DNA of 64,000 nucleotides from an uncultured Actinomycetes bacterium (GTDB lineage Bacteria; Actinomycetota; Acidimicrobiia; Spongiisociales; DATADW01), in NCBI GenBank assembly GCA_963824995.1, contig CAWGRK010000017.1:11143-75142 (forward strand), in the 5' to 3' direction. Every line of letters starts with the position of its first letter. Position 1 is the stretch's first letter. The notes below the pieces were generated by a model. That model was given only the letters and a program-made list of their open reading frames with translations, did no database searches and had not been told where the DNA came from. Of this stretch, positions 49,812 to 59,860 are shown piece after piece. A program made the translations under genes and the position numbers.

Positions 49812-49844
49812 CCTTCCTTCCGTCTTCCGACTTCCGTCTTCGCC
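49812..49844 (+). repeat. tandem heptamer array (CTTCCGT-like) x4, inverted relative to 49701-49714
   Basis: ccttc cttccgt cttccga cttccgt cttcgcc. The reverse complement contains GACGGAA units. Confidence 0.8.
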
Positions 49845-49944
49845 GGCGCCAAGACATCCGAACCCACCCGCATTGGCCTGCCTGCTCGATTTGGAGGTCT
49901 GGCTACCCTCGTCGTCGTCGCCTTGCCGTCTAGGGGGATTGCGA

Positions 49945-50792
49945 ATGGGAACCGCGATGACACTCGGGTTCCGGACCAGGACCCGCATCATGACTCGCGT
50001 TCTCATCGGGTCGTGCATTCTCTCCACGGCGGCGTTCGTGCTCACATACGTCCTCGCCGAGGACACCGAGCGCTTCTTCGCCTGGACGGTGCAGCCCCCG
50101 CTCAGCGCTGCCTTCTTCGGTGCGGGTTACGGGGCCGGTGCTCTTCTCGCGGGCCTTTGCCTTCGTGAGAGGTCATGGGCGCGGATTCGGCCAGGCGTGC
50201 TCGCCATCATCATCTTCGCCACCCTCACGCTGGTCGTCACCCTTGCTCCACCGTGACCGGTTCCACTTCGGAGCGGGCGGCTTCGCCGAGGGCTCGGCTT
50301 GGCTCTGGCTCGCCATCTACGTCGTGTTCCCGATCGCCGGGGTGATCGCACTCGTCACCGAGTGGCGTGCGCTCGGCAGCGACCCTCCTCATGCGGGTCC
50401 ACTCCCCTCGGCACTCCGCGGAGATCCTCGCCATCCAGGCTGTCGTGCTTGGTCTGCTCGGTTTGGGTCTTCTGCTCTTCCCCGAGCCAGTGGCCACCTT
50501 CTGGCCTTGGACACTGACGCCTCTCACCGCTCGAGCGATCGGCGCCTGGCTGCTCCCGATCGGGATGGCCGGGGTGTGGGTGGTGTTCGAGAACGACCTG
50601 GGGCGGTCGCGGATCCTTTCAACCGTCTACGTCTTCTACGCCATCCTGCTGATCGGTGCGCTGGCGCGGTTCCGGGAGGAGGTCGACTGGAGCCACTCGT
50701 CGGCTTGGGCGCTGGCGGCGATGGTGGCACTGATCCTGGTCACCGGGATCGCCGGGAGGGTGGCGGCGGCTCGGCTCCCCGCCGGAAGTTGA
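49945..50792 (+). pseudogene. polytopic membrane protein (unknown family), 2 frame changes as sequenced
   Basis: TM-rich segments are found successively in frame 1 (to about 50250), frame 2 (about 50255-50385) and frame 0 (to 50792). Confidence 0.5.
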
Positions 50793-50835
50793 AATCCCAC
50801 CGCACCTAGGGACAAGGCTCTTCTAACCTGCCGCC

Positions 50836-52053
50836 ATGGACCTGACCCTCCGCCCGGTCACCGAGGACGAACTTCCCGAATTCGCCCGCTGGGTGAGCCC
50901 GGCTTTTCACGGCGACTCAAGGACGAGGATCTCGAGGACTGGAAGATCTGGTTCGAGATCGAGCGCAGCCTGGCCGCCTTCGATGGCGACCGGATCGTCG
51001 GGACCGCAGGTGCCATGAGTTATGAGCTCACCGTGCCCGGAGGCAGTCTTCCCGCCGCCGGCGTGACCGTGGTCTCGGTGCGATCCACCCACCGGCGACG
51101 CGGCGTGCTGTCGGCCATGATGCGCCACCAACTCGACGACGTCCGTGACCGGGGTGAGGCGATCGCCATCCTCTGGGCTTCGGAGAGCATCATCTACGGC
51201 CGGTTCGGCTACGGGATGGCTGCTCCCAGACGTGACGCTCGAGATCGAGCGCCGCCACGGCCGGCTGGCGATGCCTTTCGAGTCCCCAGGTGAGATCCAA
51301 CTGCTCGAGCGCGAAGAGGCCGAAAAGATCCTTCCCTCGCTGTACGAGCAGATCCGACCGACATACCCAGGGATGCTGGGAGAGGATCCCGAGCCGCTGG
51401 CAGCTCATGTTCAACGATCGGGAGAGCCACCGCGACGGCATGAGCTCCAACCGGTACGTGTCCTACGAGGAAAACGGCGAGTCCTTGGGCTTTCTCCGCT
51501 ACCGGGCAAAGGGGGAGTGGGACGAGGGTTTCGCCCGTGGAAAGGTGACCACGCCCGCAACTCATGGCGCTGACGCCCAACGCATACAAGGCGCTTTGGT
51601 CTCATCTGCTCAACCTCGACTTGGTGGAATCGATCGCCGCATACCACCGACCGGCCACGGAGCCGCTCGGCATGATGCTCGCCGACCCTCGCCGGCTTCG
51701 GAGCCAGGCTCAGCGATGGCCTCTGGCTGCGGATACTCGACGTGCCGACCGCCCTGGATACCCGGCGCTATCGCCAAGCGGGGAGCCTGGTCCTCGAGGT
51801 GGCCGACCCGCTGAGATACGCCGCCGGCCGGTTCCGGTTGGAGGGTGACGTCGATGGGGCCGAGGTGACGAGCACCGATGCCGAGCCCGATCTCACCCTT
51901 GACGCCGCTGCGCTGGGTGCCGCCTACCTCGGGGGCACCAGGGTCATGGCTCTGGCCGAGGCCGGTCTGATCCAGGGCGAGCCGGAGGCAATCCGACGGG
52001 CCGACATCATGTTCGGTTGGGACCGACCCACCTGGATTCCCTGGATTTTCTGA
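50836..52053 (+). pseudogene. Eis-like GNAT acetyltransferase with an SCP2-like C-terminal domain, about 5 frame changes as sequenced
   Basis: MDLTLRPVTEDELPEF; VSVRSTHRRRGVLSAMM...ILWASESIIYGRFGYG; LWLRILDVPTAL...YLGGTRV. The segments step through frames 1, 0, 1, 2, 0, 1. Confidence 0.65.
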
Positions 52054-52081
52054 CCGCGCTAGCCCGGTTAGCGTCGGGTCC

Positions 52082-53718
52082 ATGGCCAAGATCCACGGCG
52101 GTCAGATCGTCGCCCGGGCGCTGCGCGCCGAGGGTGTCGACGCCATCTTCACCCTCACCGGCGGGCACATCGTCCCCATCCTCGACGGGTGTGTCCAAGA
52201 GGGGATCCGAGTGGTTGATGTACGCCATGAGCAGGCCGCGGCCCACGCCGCCGAGGCCTACACGCGCCTCACCGGGCGGCTCGGAGTGGCCGCGGTCACC
52301 GCCGGTCCCGGGGTGACCGATGCCATCACCGGGGTGGCAACCGCCTGGTATTCGCAGACGCCGATGCTGCTCCTCGGCGGCCGTCACCTTCTCCGTCAAG
52401 AACTCAGGGGTGGACTCCAGGAGATGGATCATCCCCGGCTCTTTGGATCCCATCACCGCTTGGTCGGGTACCTGCTGGCAGGTGGAGAGGCTGGCCGACC
52501 ACGTTGCAGTGGCGGCGCGGCATGCATTTGCCGGTCGGGGAGCCCCGGTGTTCCTCGACATACCGATGGACGTCCAGTTCGACATGGTGGAGGAGACCGC
52601 GGTCAATTGGCCAACTCGATACCGGGTGACCCAGCCGAGCGGCGTCGACCCTGAGACGCTCGACAATCTGGTCGACGCTCTGGCGAAGAGCCAGCGACCG
52701 ATGGTCTTCGCCGGGGGAGGCCTGCGCGGTCCCGACGCTGCGAACCTGGCACGACCTCGTCGAGGCTCTGCAGGCGCCGGCATTCGTGAACAGCCGGGCG
52801 AGAGGTGCCCTCCCGTTCGGTCATCCATTGCTCGGCAACCATGCCCGGTCGCTCGCCTTTGCCGGATGCGACCTGGTGCTTGCGCTCGGGGTCGACTGGG
52901 ACTTCCGCACGTCGTACGGGGACAAGATCGGTGCGGAGGCGGTGGTGATCCAGGTCGATGCCGACCCGGAGAAGATCGGGTGGAACCGCTCGGCGAACAT
53001 CGGGGTCGTGGCCGACCCGGCCCGGGTCGCCACCCAGTTGGCCGACTGCTGCCGATCGCTATGCACGGACCGATACCCCCGGGTGGACCAAGGAGATCAT
53101 GGACGAGGAGGAGACCCGACAAGGCTGCCGCCGAGGCCGAGGCAGACTCCGACGACTCACCCGTCCACCCGCAGCGGTTTGGCCGCGAGGTCGGCGCGCT
53201 TCTTTGGCACGGACTCGATCGTCGCCGTGGATGGTGGCGACATCGTCTCGACTACCGCCCGCTGGCTCCAGGTCTCCACTCCGGGTCACGTGCTCGACCC
53301 GGGCCCGTTCGGGACGCTTGGCACCGGCGTGCCCTACGCCATCGCCGCCAAGGTGACGCACCCCGACAAGCTCGTCGGGATCGTGTTCGGCGACGGAGCC
53401 TTCGGCTTCAACGGGTTCGAGTACGACACCCTGGTCCGCCTCGACTTGCCCGTCGTCGGGGTCTTGGGCAACGACGGGGTGTGGAACAACATCCGGACCT
53501 TCCACCGAGCCATGTTCCCGGAGCGGCTCGTCGCCTCGGAACTCGGCCGCCGTCCCTACCACGCCGTGGTAAACGCCCTCGGCGGACACGGCGAGTTGGT
53601 CGAGGATCCCGCCGACCTCGCACCCGCCCTGGAGCGCGCCCGGGCCTCCGGCAAGCCGTCACTCGTCGATGTCCACATCGCCGAGACGATGCGGATGTCG
53701 AGCAACTACAGCCAGTAG
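52082..53718 (+). pseudogene. thiamine-pyrophosphate enzyme (acetolactate synthase large-subunit-like), 5 x +1 frame changes as sequenced
   Basis: VDAIFTLTGGHIVPILDG...VRHEQAAAHAAEAY...AGPGVTDAITGVATA; C-terminal TPP motif GTLGTGVPYAIAAK...GDGAFGFNG...LGNDGVWNN. Breaks lie near 52450, 52750, 53047, 53117 and 53199. Confidence 0.75.
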
Positions 53719-53721
53719 CAC

Positions 53722-53744
53722 GGACGGCGGACGGCGGACGGCGG
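53722..53744 (+). repeat. tandem heptamer array (GGACGGC) x3 starting 3 nt after the stop of the TPP-enzyme gene
   Basis: TAGcac ggacggc ggacggc ggacggc gg. Confidence 0.9.
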
Positions 53745-53807
53745 CCAATCCGAATCCGTCCCGACGTAGGAGGTTGTCTCGTTCCGTCCCCCGGAGGGGG
53801 GAAAGGC

Positions 53808-53850
53808 CCCGCTGCGCCAGCAGCGGGTAGGGGGCCGGCGAACTCCCAAC
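53808..53850 (+). repeat. 43-nt hairpin module, copy 1 (CCCGCTGCG-loop-CAGCGGG + TAGGGGG..CGAACTCCCAAC)
   Basis: ccccgctgcgccagcagcgggtagggggccggcgaactcccaac. Near-identical to 59795-59837. Confidence 0.85.
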
Positions 53851-53858
53851 TTCGGTAT

Positions 53859-53875
53859 GCCGCCGTCCACCGTCC
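53859..53875 (+). repeat. short inverted heptamer pair (CGCCGTC CACCGTC) closing the 53.7-kb element
   Basis: gc cgccgtc caccgtc c. Orientation is opposite to the 53722-53744 array. Confidence 0.6.
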
Positions 53876-53879
53876 AGAA

Positions 53880-53898
53880 CAGGCGGCAGAGCCGCCTG
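53880..53898. terminator. GC-rich hairpin between the convergent TPP-enzyme and uppP genes (candidate bidirectional terminator)
   Basis: CAGGCGGC-aga-GCCGCCTG, an 8-bp stem with a 3-nt loop. It lies 3 nt downstream of the uppP stop. No clear U tract. Confidence 0.4.
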
Positions 53899-53900
53899 CT

Positions 53901-54665
53901 CTACAACAGCACTATCAGGGCGAAGGTGCCGAAGACGAAGCAGTAGATGGCGAAGGGGAGCAGACCGACGGTCTGCAGGGCCCGCAACAGCAGGGCTATG
54001 GCGAAGTAGCCGGAAATCGCCGCTACCACCGTCCCGACCCAGACCTGCGAGGAGATCCCTCCGTCGTTTACCAGATCGACTACTCCGACCAAGCCGGCGG
54101 CAGCGATGGTGGGAATCCCAAGCAGGAATGAGAAGCGCGCCGCCTCCAGAGGAGTGAGTCCTCTCGATTCCCCGACGGTGATCGTGGTGCCCGAACGGGA
54201 GATTCCCGGGAGCAGGGCAACGAGTTGAACCAGACCCACCAGGAAGGCGTCGAGCGGTCGCGCCTCCTCCAGCCTCATCCGGCCCGAGGTGAGACGGCTC
54301 CCCACCACCAGGATGAACCCGTTGACGATAAGTAGCGCCGCAGCGACCCAGGCGATCGTCTGGAGTTGTTCGAGCGGTCCTATCAGCGGCAGGGCGGCCA
54401 CAGCCGGCAGCGTGCCCACGATCACCAGCAGGAGCATCCGCCTTGCCTCCGGGTCGGACCGGAACCGGAGCATGCGGACCAGGTCGGCGCGGAAATAGGC
54501 GACCACCGCCACCAGTGTCCCTAGGTGGAGCACGGCCACGGTGGCGAGATCGGGCGGCTCCACTCCGGGGAGCAGCGCCGGGATCAGGACGAGGTGGCCG
54601 TCCGAGGAGATGGGGAGGAACTCCGTTATCCCTTGGACGAGTCCCCACACGATGGCTTGCAGCAC
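53901..54665 (-). CDS. uppP: undecaprenyl-diphosphatase
   Basis: GITEFLPISSDGHL and PGISRSGTTI motifs, 8 TM helices. Intact reading frame. Confidence 0.9.
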   Translation of the reverse strand: MLQAIVWGLVQGITEFLPISSDGHLVLIPALLPGVEPPDLATVAVLHLGTLVAVVAYFRADLVRMLRFRSDPEARRMLLLVIVGTLPAVAALPLIGPLEQLQTIAWVAAALLIVNGFILVVGSRLTSGRMRLEEARPLDAFLVGLVQLVALLPGISRSGTTITVGESRGLTPLEAARFSFLLGIPTIAAAGLVGVVDLVNDGGISSQVWVGTVVAAISGYFAIALLLRALQTVGLLPFAIYCFVFGTFALIVLL

Positions 54666-54692
54666 GGGGCGGGGAGGTTAGCCCTCGACGTG

Positions 54693-55789
54693 CTACTCGC
54701 CGTTGTCCTGCCGTCGGGACGCAGCCCGACGACGATGACGTCGCGGCCCAGATCCAGGCGTCGATCGAGCCGGTGCCGACATTCAGAACCCGCACCTCTG
54801 GTCCTGGCCCGCCAACCGCCAGCCGCCAAACATCCCACGACCAGTCGACCGAGGCTTTGGGATCCACCGGGATCGACCACAGCCTCTCGGCTCGCATCGC
54901 CCAGACTTCGAGACGCGACCGTCTCCCGGGAGGTTCCAGGAGTAGGGCAATATGACGACTGTCGGGTGACCACCATGCCCGTGTGACATGGTCGGGCACC
55001 CAGGACAACTCGACCACGGTGGAGAGCATCGTGTCGGCGAAGGCGATCTCGCCCTGCCCGGCATCGAGCATCAGCCGCCCTCCGGGACCGACGTCGTGGA
55101 CCTCGGCACCCTCTCGGGTCCATACCGGTGCCCCGGTGAGGTCGAGCCGCCGCAGGCCCTGCATCGTCGCCGAGGATGAACCCCCATCCCCCCCAGCCCC
55201 GAAGCTGGACATTTCCCTCCAGCCGTGCCACCCGCCCGGTTCGGTCGTTCGCCCGAAGAATGGTCTGGTTGCCGACTCTCTCCGTCCAGGCGATGGCGCC
55301 GCCCACCTGATCGTGCCAGGCGGCACTGGTGACGTTGCGGGCCACTACGGCGAGGAGTCCCGAATTGCCCGCCCGGAGCACCCCGTTATGGGATAGCACC
55401 AGCATGCTTGCTCCCGGAGGCGTCGATGTCATAGGTGCCCGCGATGATCTCGAAGCGGCGGCTGGTGACACCGCGGTCCCATGGCCACCTGAAGAACTCG
55501 AGGACAGTCGAGTTGGTCACGATCGCTGCCAAGTCGGACCTCAGGCCCGGGATCCTCCCGGCCAGACCTGGCCCGATGACGGTCACCCCGGTCGTCGGGT
55601 GGTGGTGGCCACGGTCGGTGGAGGCTCAGGATCGGCCCGACCCACGGTGGCCGGGTCCCATCTCGACACCACCAGGGCCACCAGGCCAACCACAACGGCA
55701 ACGGCAACCAGCGGAAACAGTGAGGGGCGGGGCGGCCTTACCGGGTCAGGCTCGACCCCGATGAGTGGGGGCGAAGTGGGTGCTGGCAT
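54693..55789 (-). pseudogene. membrane-anchored protein with a beta-propeller-like (TolB/WD-like) ectodomain, about 4 frame changes as sequenced
   Basis: ATG 55789, then TM LFPLVAVAVVVGLVALVV and a Pro-rich linker. Segments such as WSPDSRHIALLLEPPG and VDWSWDVWRLAVGG occur in shifted frames. The end point is uncertain. Confidence 0.4.
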
Positions 55790-55826
55790 GGTGCCTTGCC
55801 GGAACGCTATCCGATCGGGACCCGCC

Positions 55827-56380
55827 TCACGGCGTGAATCCACCCCCGAGCAGCACCACGGCACGGCCGTCGGCCACGGCCGCCGCCGCCGGAGCGGCAG
55901 CCTCGGCGGGTATGGCGACGAGCCCGGTCGGCTCTCCCGGGTTGAGCGGATCTTCGGGCATACCCGCCATGACCTTCCCTTCGACCACTTCGGGCTGTGC
56001 CGTCGATGCCCAAGCCGGGCAGCAGGACCAAGCGCACCGCCCCACCGGGGAGGGCGCCGGGAGGCAGCGGCACCTCCAGCGCCCACCAGTTGTCAGGAGG
56101 CTCGACTGCGTCGGTTGCTGACCAGCGCCGGCGACAACGGCTGCCCGGCCGGGATATCCACCAGAGCCATTCCACCGAGTTCGACCGTCGGAAGCACCCC
56201 TCCGGGTACCCGACGCCACTCGACTGAGCCCTCGTCCACCACCGTTCCGGCGGGGAGATCGATCCTTGCAAAGGGATGGTCCACCTCGGCTCTGGGGCGG
56301 ACTTCGATCCAGAGTGCCAGCCCAAGGATCGCAACCGCTCCGAGCCAGCGCAGGTAGGGCGGGCGCGTCAGCCAGAGCAC
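55827..56380 (-). pseudogene. SAF-domain protein (CpaB-like), 2 x +1 frame changes as sequenced
   Basis: TM WLGAVAILGLALWI, then a SAF-like IDLPAGTVVDEGSVEW...DIPAGQPLSPALV. It continues as ALEVPLPPGALPGGAVRLVLL (+1) and QPEVVEGKV...AVVLLGGG (+1). Confidence 0.45.
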
Positions 56381-56420
56381 CGCCGCAACGTATCGGTACA
56401 GGGCTCGGTAGGGAAGAGGG

Positions 56421-57204
56421 TCAGCCGGTGGCGCCCTCGAGGGCGGTGGCACACGGACAGAGCCGGTCGGTCCCCGAGGCACGTCGGGATGAGCAGCCGG
56501 ACCGCCTCGCGCAGCGTCCCCAGCGTCTCCTTGAAGAACTCGAGCACGGCGTGGTGGGTGACAGCCTCGATCTCGCCTTCGACGCCGACGTCGTAGTCGG
56601 TCACCACCGCGATGTTGACGTAACAGATCTCCAATTCCCTAGCGAGCAGAGCCTCTGGGATCTGGGTCATGTTGATCACCTTGAAGCCGGACTGGGCGAA
56701 CCAGCGGCTCTCGGCCCGGGTGGAGAAGCGCGGCCCTTGGATGACGACGGTGGCGCCCCCGTCATGGACGGTCGCCCCCGCTTCACGGCACGAGTCGAGC
56801 GCCAGCGGGCGCAACTCTGGGCAGTAGGGATCGGCGAAGGCGATGTGGACCACTTCCGGTCCGTCGTAGAACGTCGAGGGCCGGCCCCAGGTGCGATCTA
56901 CCAATTGGTCGGGAACGACGAGGTGGCCAGGGCCGTATTCGCTTACCAGGCTCCCGGCGGCGCAGGGTCCGATGATGCGGTCGACGCCAAGTTCCTTCAT
57001 CGCCCACGCATTGGCCCGGTATGGCACCAGGTGCGGTGGGTACTGGTGGTCGAGACCGTGGCGGGGGATGAAGGCGACTTCGACCCCGTCAACCTCGCCG
57101 ACGGTCGCCGGTGCCGAAGGTGCCCCATAGGGCGTATCTACCTCGACGGTGCGCGCCTCGTCGAGGAACTCGTAGAAGCCGGTCCCGCCAAAGACACCGA
57201 TCAT
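56421..57204 (-). pseudogene. mtnP: S-methyl-5'-thioadenosine phosphorylase, one +1 frame change near 56460 as sequenced
   Basis: MIGVFGGTGFY, FIPRHG, GPRFSTRAESRWF, VINMT. The expected C-terminus LCPCATALEGATG* is found in the +1 frame, ending at 56421. Confidence 0.8.
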
Positions 57205-57520
57205 TCGTCGCCCTTGTCGGACGAGCCCGAAGACGACGAGATGACGATCCGGCTTCTGCGCCGGCTTTGGCCTTCTTGCCGTCGCTCTTTTCCTTGTCCT
57301 TCTCCTTGTCCTTTTCCTTGGCAGGGCTGACCGAGGACGACTTGGAGCGCGAGTCGGTCGAGTAGAAGCCACTGCCCTTGAACACGATCCCCGCAGGATG
57401 GAACACCTTCTGGAGTGGGCCGCCGCACACTTCATGCTTCTTGAGCAGCTTCGCCGAGAACGGCTGGAAGATCTCGAATCGGTCCCCGCATTGTTTGCAG
57501 ACGTACTCGTAGGTGGGCAT
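57201..57520 (-). pseudogene. FmdB-family zinc-ribbon regulatory protein with a Lys/Glu/Ser-rich tail; frame change near 57245 as sequenced
   Basis: MPTYEYVCKQCGDRFE...HEVCGGPL. The tail ...SSSSGSSDKGDE* in a shifted frame ends in an ATGA overlap with the MTAP start. Confidence 0.65.
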
Positions 57521-57624
57521 ACCGCCGTCGTGTTGATTGGGGCGGGAGGTTAGTGGTCGGTGTGCGCCGCACGAAGACGGCCACTTAGACTCGCCGCCGT
57601 GATCCCCACCCGCCACCTCCACCT

Positions 57625-58440
57625 GTGACCATCGAGGTCGCCGTCATCCCGGCGGCCGGGACGGGGCACTCGGATGCGTCCGGCGACGCGGGTGGTCCCC
57701 AAGGCCTTGATCACGGTGATCGACCGGCCCGCCATCCAGTACGCGGTGGAGGAGGCGGCGCGGGCCGGTGCCACCGAGGCGGTGCTCGTGGTCGATCTGG
57801 ACGCCGGCCACCTCATCCAGCAGCACTTCCTCGTCGACGACAGGCTTCCCGGGTTGGAGCACGTCAAGGTGAGGCCAATGGTCCAGGAGGAGCCGCTCGG
57901 TCTAGGCCACGCCGTGCTCGAGGCTCGTGAGGTGGTGCACGACCGCCCGTTCTTCTGCCTGCTCGCCGACAACATCGTCCGACCCGGTGCGGACGTTCTT
58001 CCAGCCCTCGCCGCGGCCTACGACGGGAGTTCGGTTGTGTGCCTGCGCCGTCTGTCCGACGAGTTCCTCGACCGTTATGGCGTCATCGTCCCCGGGGAGG
58101 AGCGCTCCGACTCGGTTATCGAGGTTCGGGGCGCCGTCGAGAAGCCGGGTGCCGCCGCCGCACCCGTCGCGTCTCGGACTGATCGGCCGCTACCTGTTCA
58201 CCTCCGAAGTCTTCGAGGTCCTCTCCAAGCTCGAACCCGGTCACGGTGGCGAGATCCAGTTGACCGACGCCATCGACACCTTGGGTCGAGCCAACCGCTG
58301 CCTCGGTTCGATGGCCGACGAGGATCTGCTCGATGTGGGTACCCCATTCGGGCTTGGCCGAGGCGACCACGGTCCTCGGCGTGGCCCACGACGAATGGGG
58401 CGACGACTTCCGCCGACTGGCGGCGACGGTCGCAGGGTGA
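57625..58440 (+). pseudogene. galU: UTP--glucose-1-phosphate uridylyltransferase, 3 x +1 frame changes as sequenced
   Basis: AVIPAAGTG | TRMRPATRVVPKALITVIDRPAIQYAVEEA ... VEKPGAAAAP | SRLGLIGRYLFTSEVF...GGEIQLTDAI ... | EATTVLGVAHDEW. Breaks lie near 57665, 58150 and 58355. Confidence 0.8.
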
Positions 58441-59678
58441 TGCGCCCCCTGCGCGAGGCGCAGGCAAAGGTGCTCTCAGGAGTTAGCCGGCTCCCCGTCA
58501 CCGAGGTCGAACTGGGAAAAGCACTCGGTCTGGTGCTTGGCCGAAGAGGTGCGGGCACCCCACGACGTTCCGCCCTTCGCCAACTCGGCAATGGACGGTT
58601 ATGCGGTCATCGCCGCTGACGTCGCCGCGGCACCGGTGACCTTGGAGGTGGTCGAGGATGTCGCAGCAGGCCGCGTGCCCACCCTGTCGGTGACACCGGG
58701 GAGCGCCATCAAGATCATGACCGGTGCCACCATCCCCGAAGGGGCCGACGCCGTGGTCCCTGTCGAGGTCACGAACCAAGAGGGCGACCGGGTCGAGATA
58801 CGTGAGGCGGTGCCCAAGGGTGCCTCGGTGCGCGCCGCCGGGGGAGACATGGCCGCCGGGTCCACCGTGCTGCGGATGGGGGAGAGGATGGGACCGGCAC
58901 ACCTGGCGGTCCTCGCCTCCATCGGCGTGGCCAGGGTCAAGACATACGGCCGCCCCAAGGTGGCGATCATGTCAACCGGGGACGAACTGCGGCCCCCGGA
59001 GACAGCCGAACTCGATCCCGGACTCATCCGAGACACCAACCGTCCTCTGCTCGGTGCGCTCCTAGCCGAGGTGGGCGTCGAGGTGATCGATCTCGGCATC
59101 ATCCCCGATGACGAAGCGACGCTGCGCTCGGCGTTGCTGCGGCGGCTCGGATGAAGCGGACGCAGTGGTCACATCGGGCGGTGTTTCGATGGGGGACTAC
59201 GACCTGGTGAAACAGCTGGTCGGCGAGTTGGGCGGGCATGGAGGTCTGGCAGACGGCGATGCAGCCGGCCAAACCCTTCGCTTTCGGTCGCCTCGGCGGG
59301 ACCCCATTCTTCGGTCTCCCCGGCAACCCGGTTTCGGTGATGGTCGCCTTCGAGCAGTTCACCCGCCCTGCGCTCCTCCAGATGATGGGGTCCGAGAAGC
59401 TGTTCCGTCCCCGTCTCGAAGGCGTCCTCGTCGGTGGCGCCGATACCGATCCGGCCAAGACAGTCTTCCTGCGGGTGCGCACCTGGTGGGATGTTGGAGT
59501 CCTGTTCGCCGAGTCCGCCGGCGCCCAGTCATCCAACGTCCTCTCCGCCCTGGCCGCCGCCGACGCATTCGCCGTGGTCCCCGAGGGCGTCTCGACCGTC
59601 CCCGCCGGCGGCCCAGTGACCCTCGAGATGTTCCGTCAACCCGAATCCCGCACCGCCACCGAGGCACTGGCGCAATGA
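58440..59678 (+). pseudogene. moeA: molybdopterin molybdotransferase, 3 x +1 frame changes as sequenced
   Basis: FANSAMDGYAV, IMTGATIPEGADAVV, STGDEL, TSGGVSMGDYD, FGLPGNPVS. Breaks lie near 58535, 59140 and 59235. The start overlaps the galU stop (TGATG). Confidence 0.8.
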
Positions 59679-59713
59679 GACGGCAGACGGCAGACGGCAG
59701 ACGGCAGACGGCT
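59679..59713 (+). repeat. tandem heptamer array (GACGGCA) x5 starting immediately after the moeA stop codon
   Basis: TGA gacggca gacggca gacggca gacggca gacggct. Confidence 0.95.
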
Positions 59714-59794
59714 GGCGAACACTGCGAGCAGCGCCCCCTCTTCCGTTCATCCACAAAGGCTGAGGCCCCCCTGCGAAGAAGCGCCTTCCGTCTA

Positions 59795-59837
59795 CCCGCT
59801 GCGAAGCAGCGGGTAGGGGGGCTGCCGAACTCCCAAC
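59795..59837 (+). repeat. 43-nt hairpin module, copy 2
   Basis: acccgctgcgaagcagcgggtaggggggctgccgaactcccaac. It lies 24 nt upstream of the moaC ATG. Confidence 0.85.
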
Positions 59838-59860
59838 GGTGCTCGACTCTCGGCCCGCCG

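Noticed and set aside
53659-55326. 555-aa ORF (and the 603-aa ORF at 52320-54131) spanning uppP and its neighbours.
   Set aside because: Only short internal stretches are protein-like. The rest is antisense or out-of-frame read-through across uppP and the TPP-enzyme gene.
59679-59713. Possibility that the heptamer arrays (also at 23857, 44514, 49701 and 53722) are CRISPR arrays.
   Set aside because: The units are 7 nt, directly tandem with no spacers, at most 5 copies, and no cas genes are nearby. They are microsatellite-like arrays, not CRISPR.
59714-59860. Moco riboswitch upstream of moaC.
   Set aside because: I could not recognise the conserved Moco-motif core by eye. The most structured part of the leader is a repeat that also occurs downstream of an unrelated gene (53808-53850). 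A covariance-model scan would settle it.
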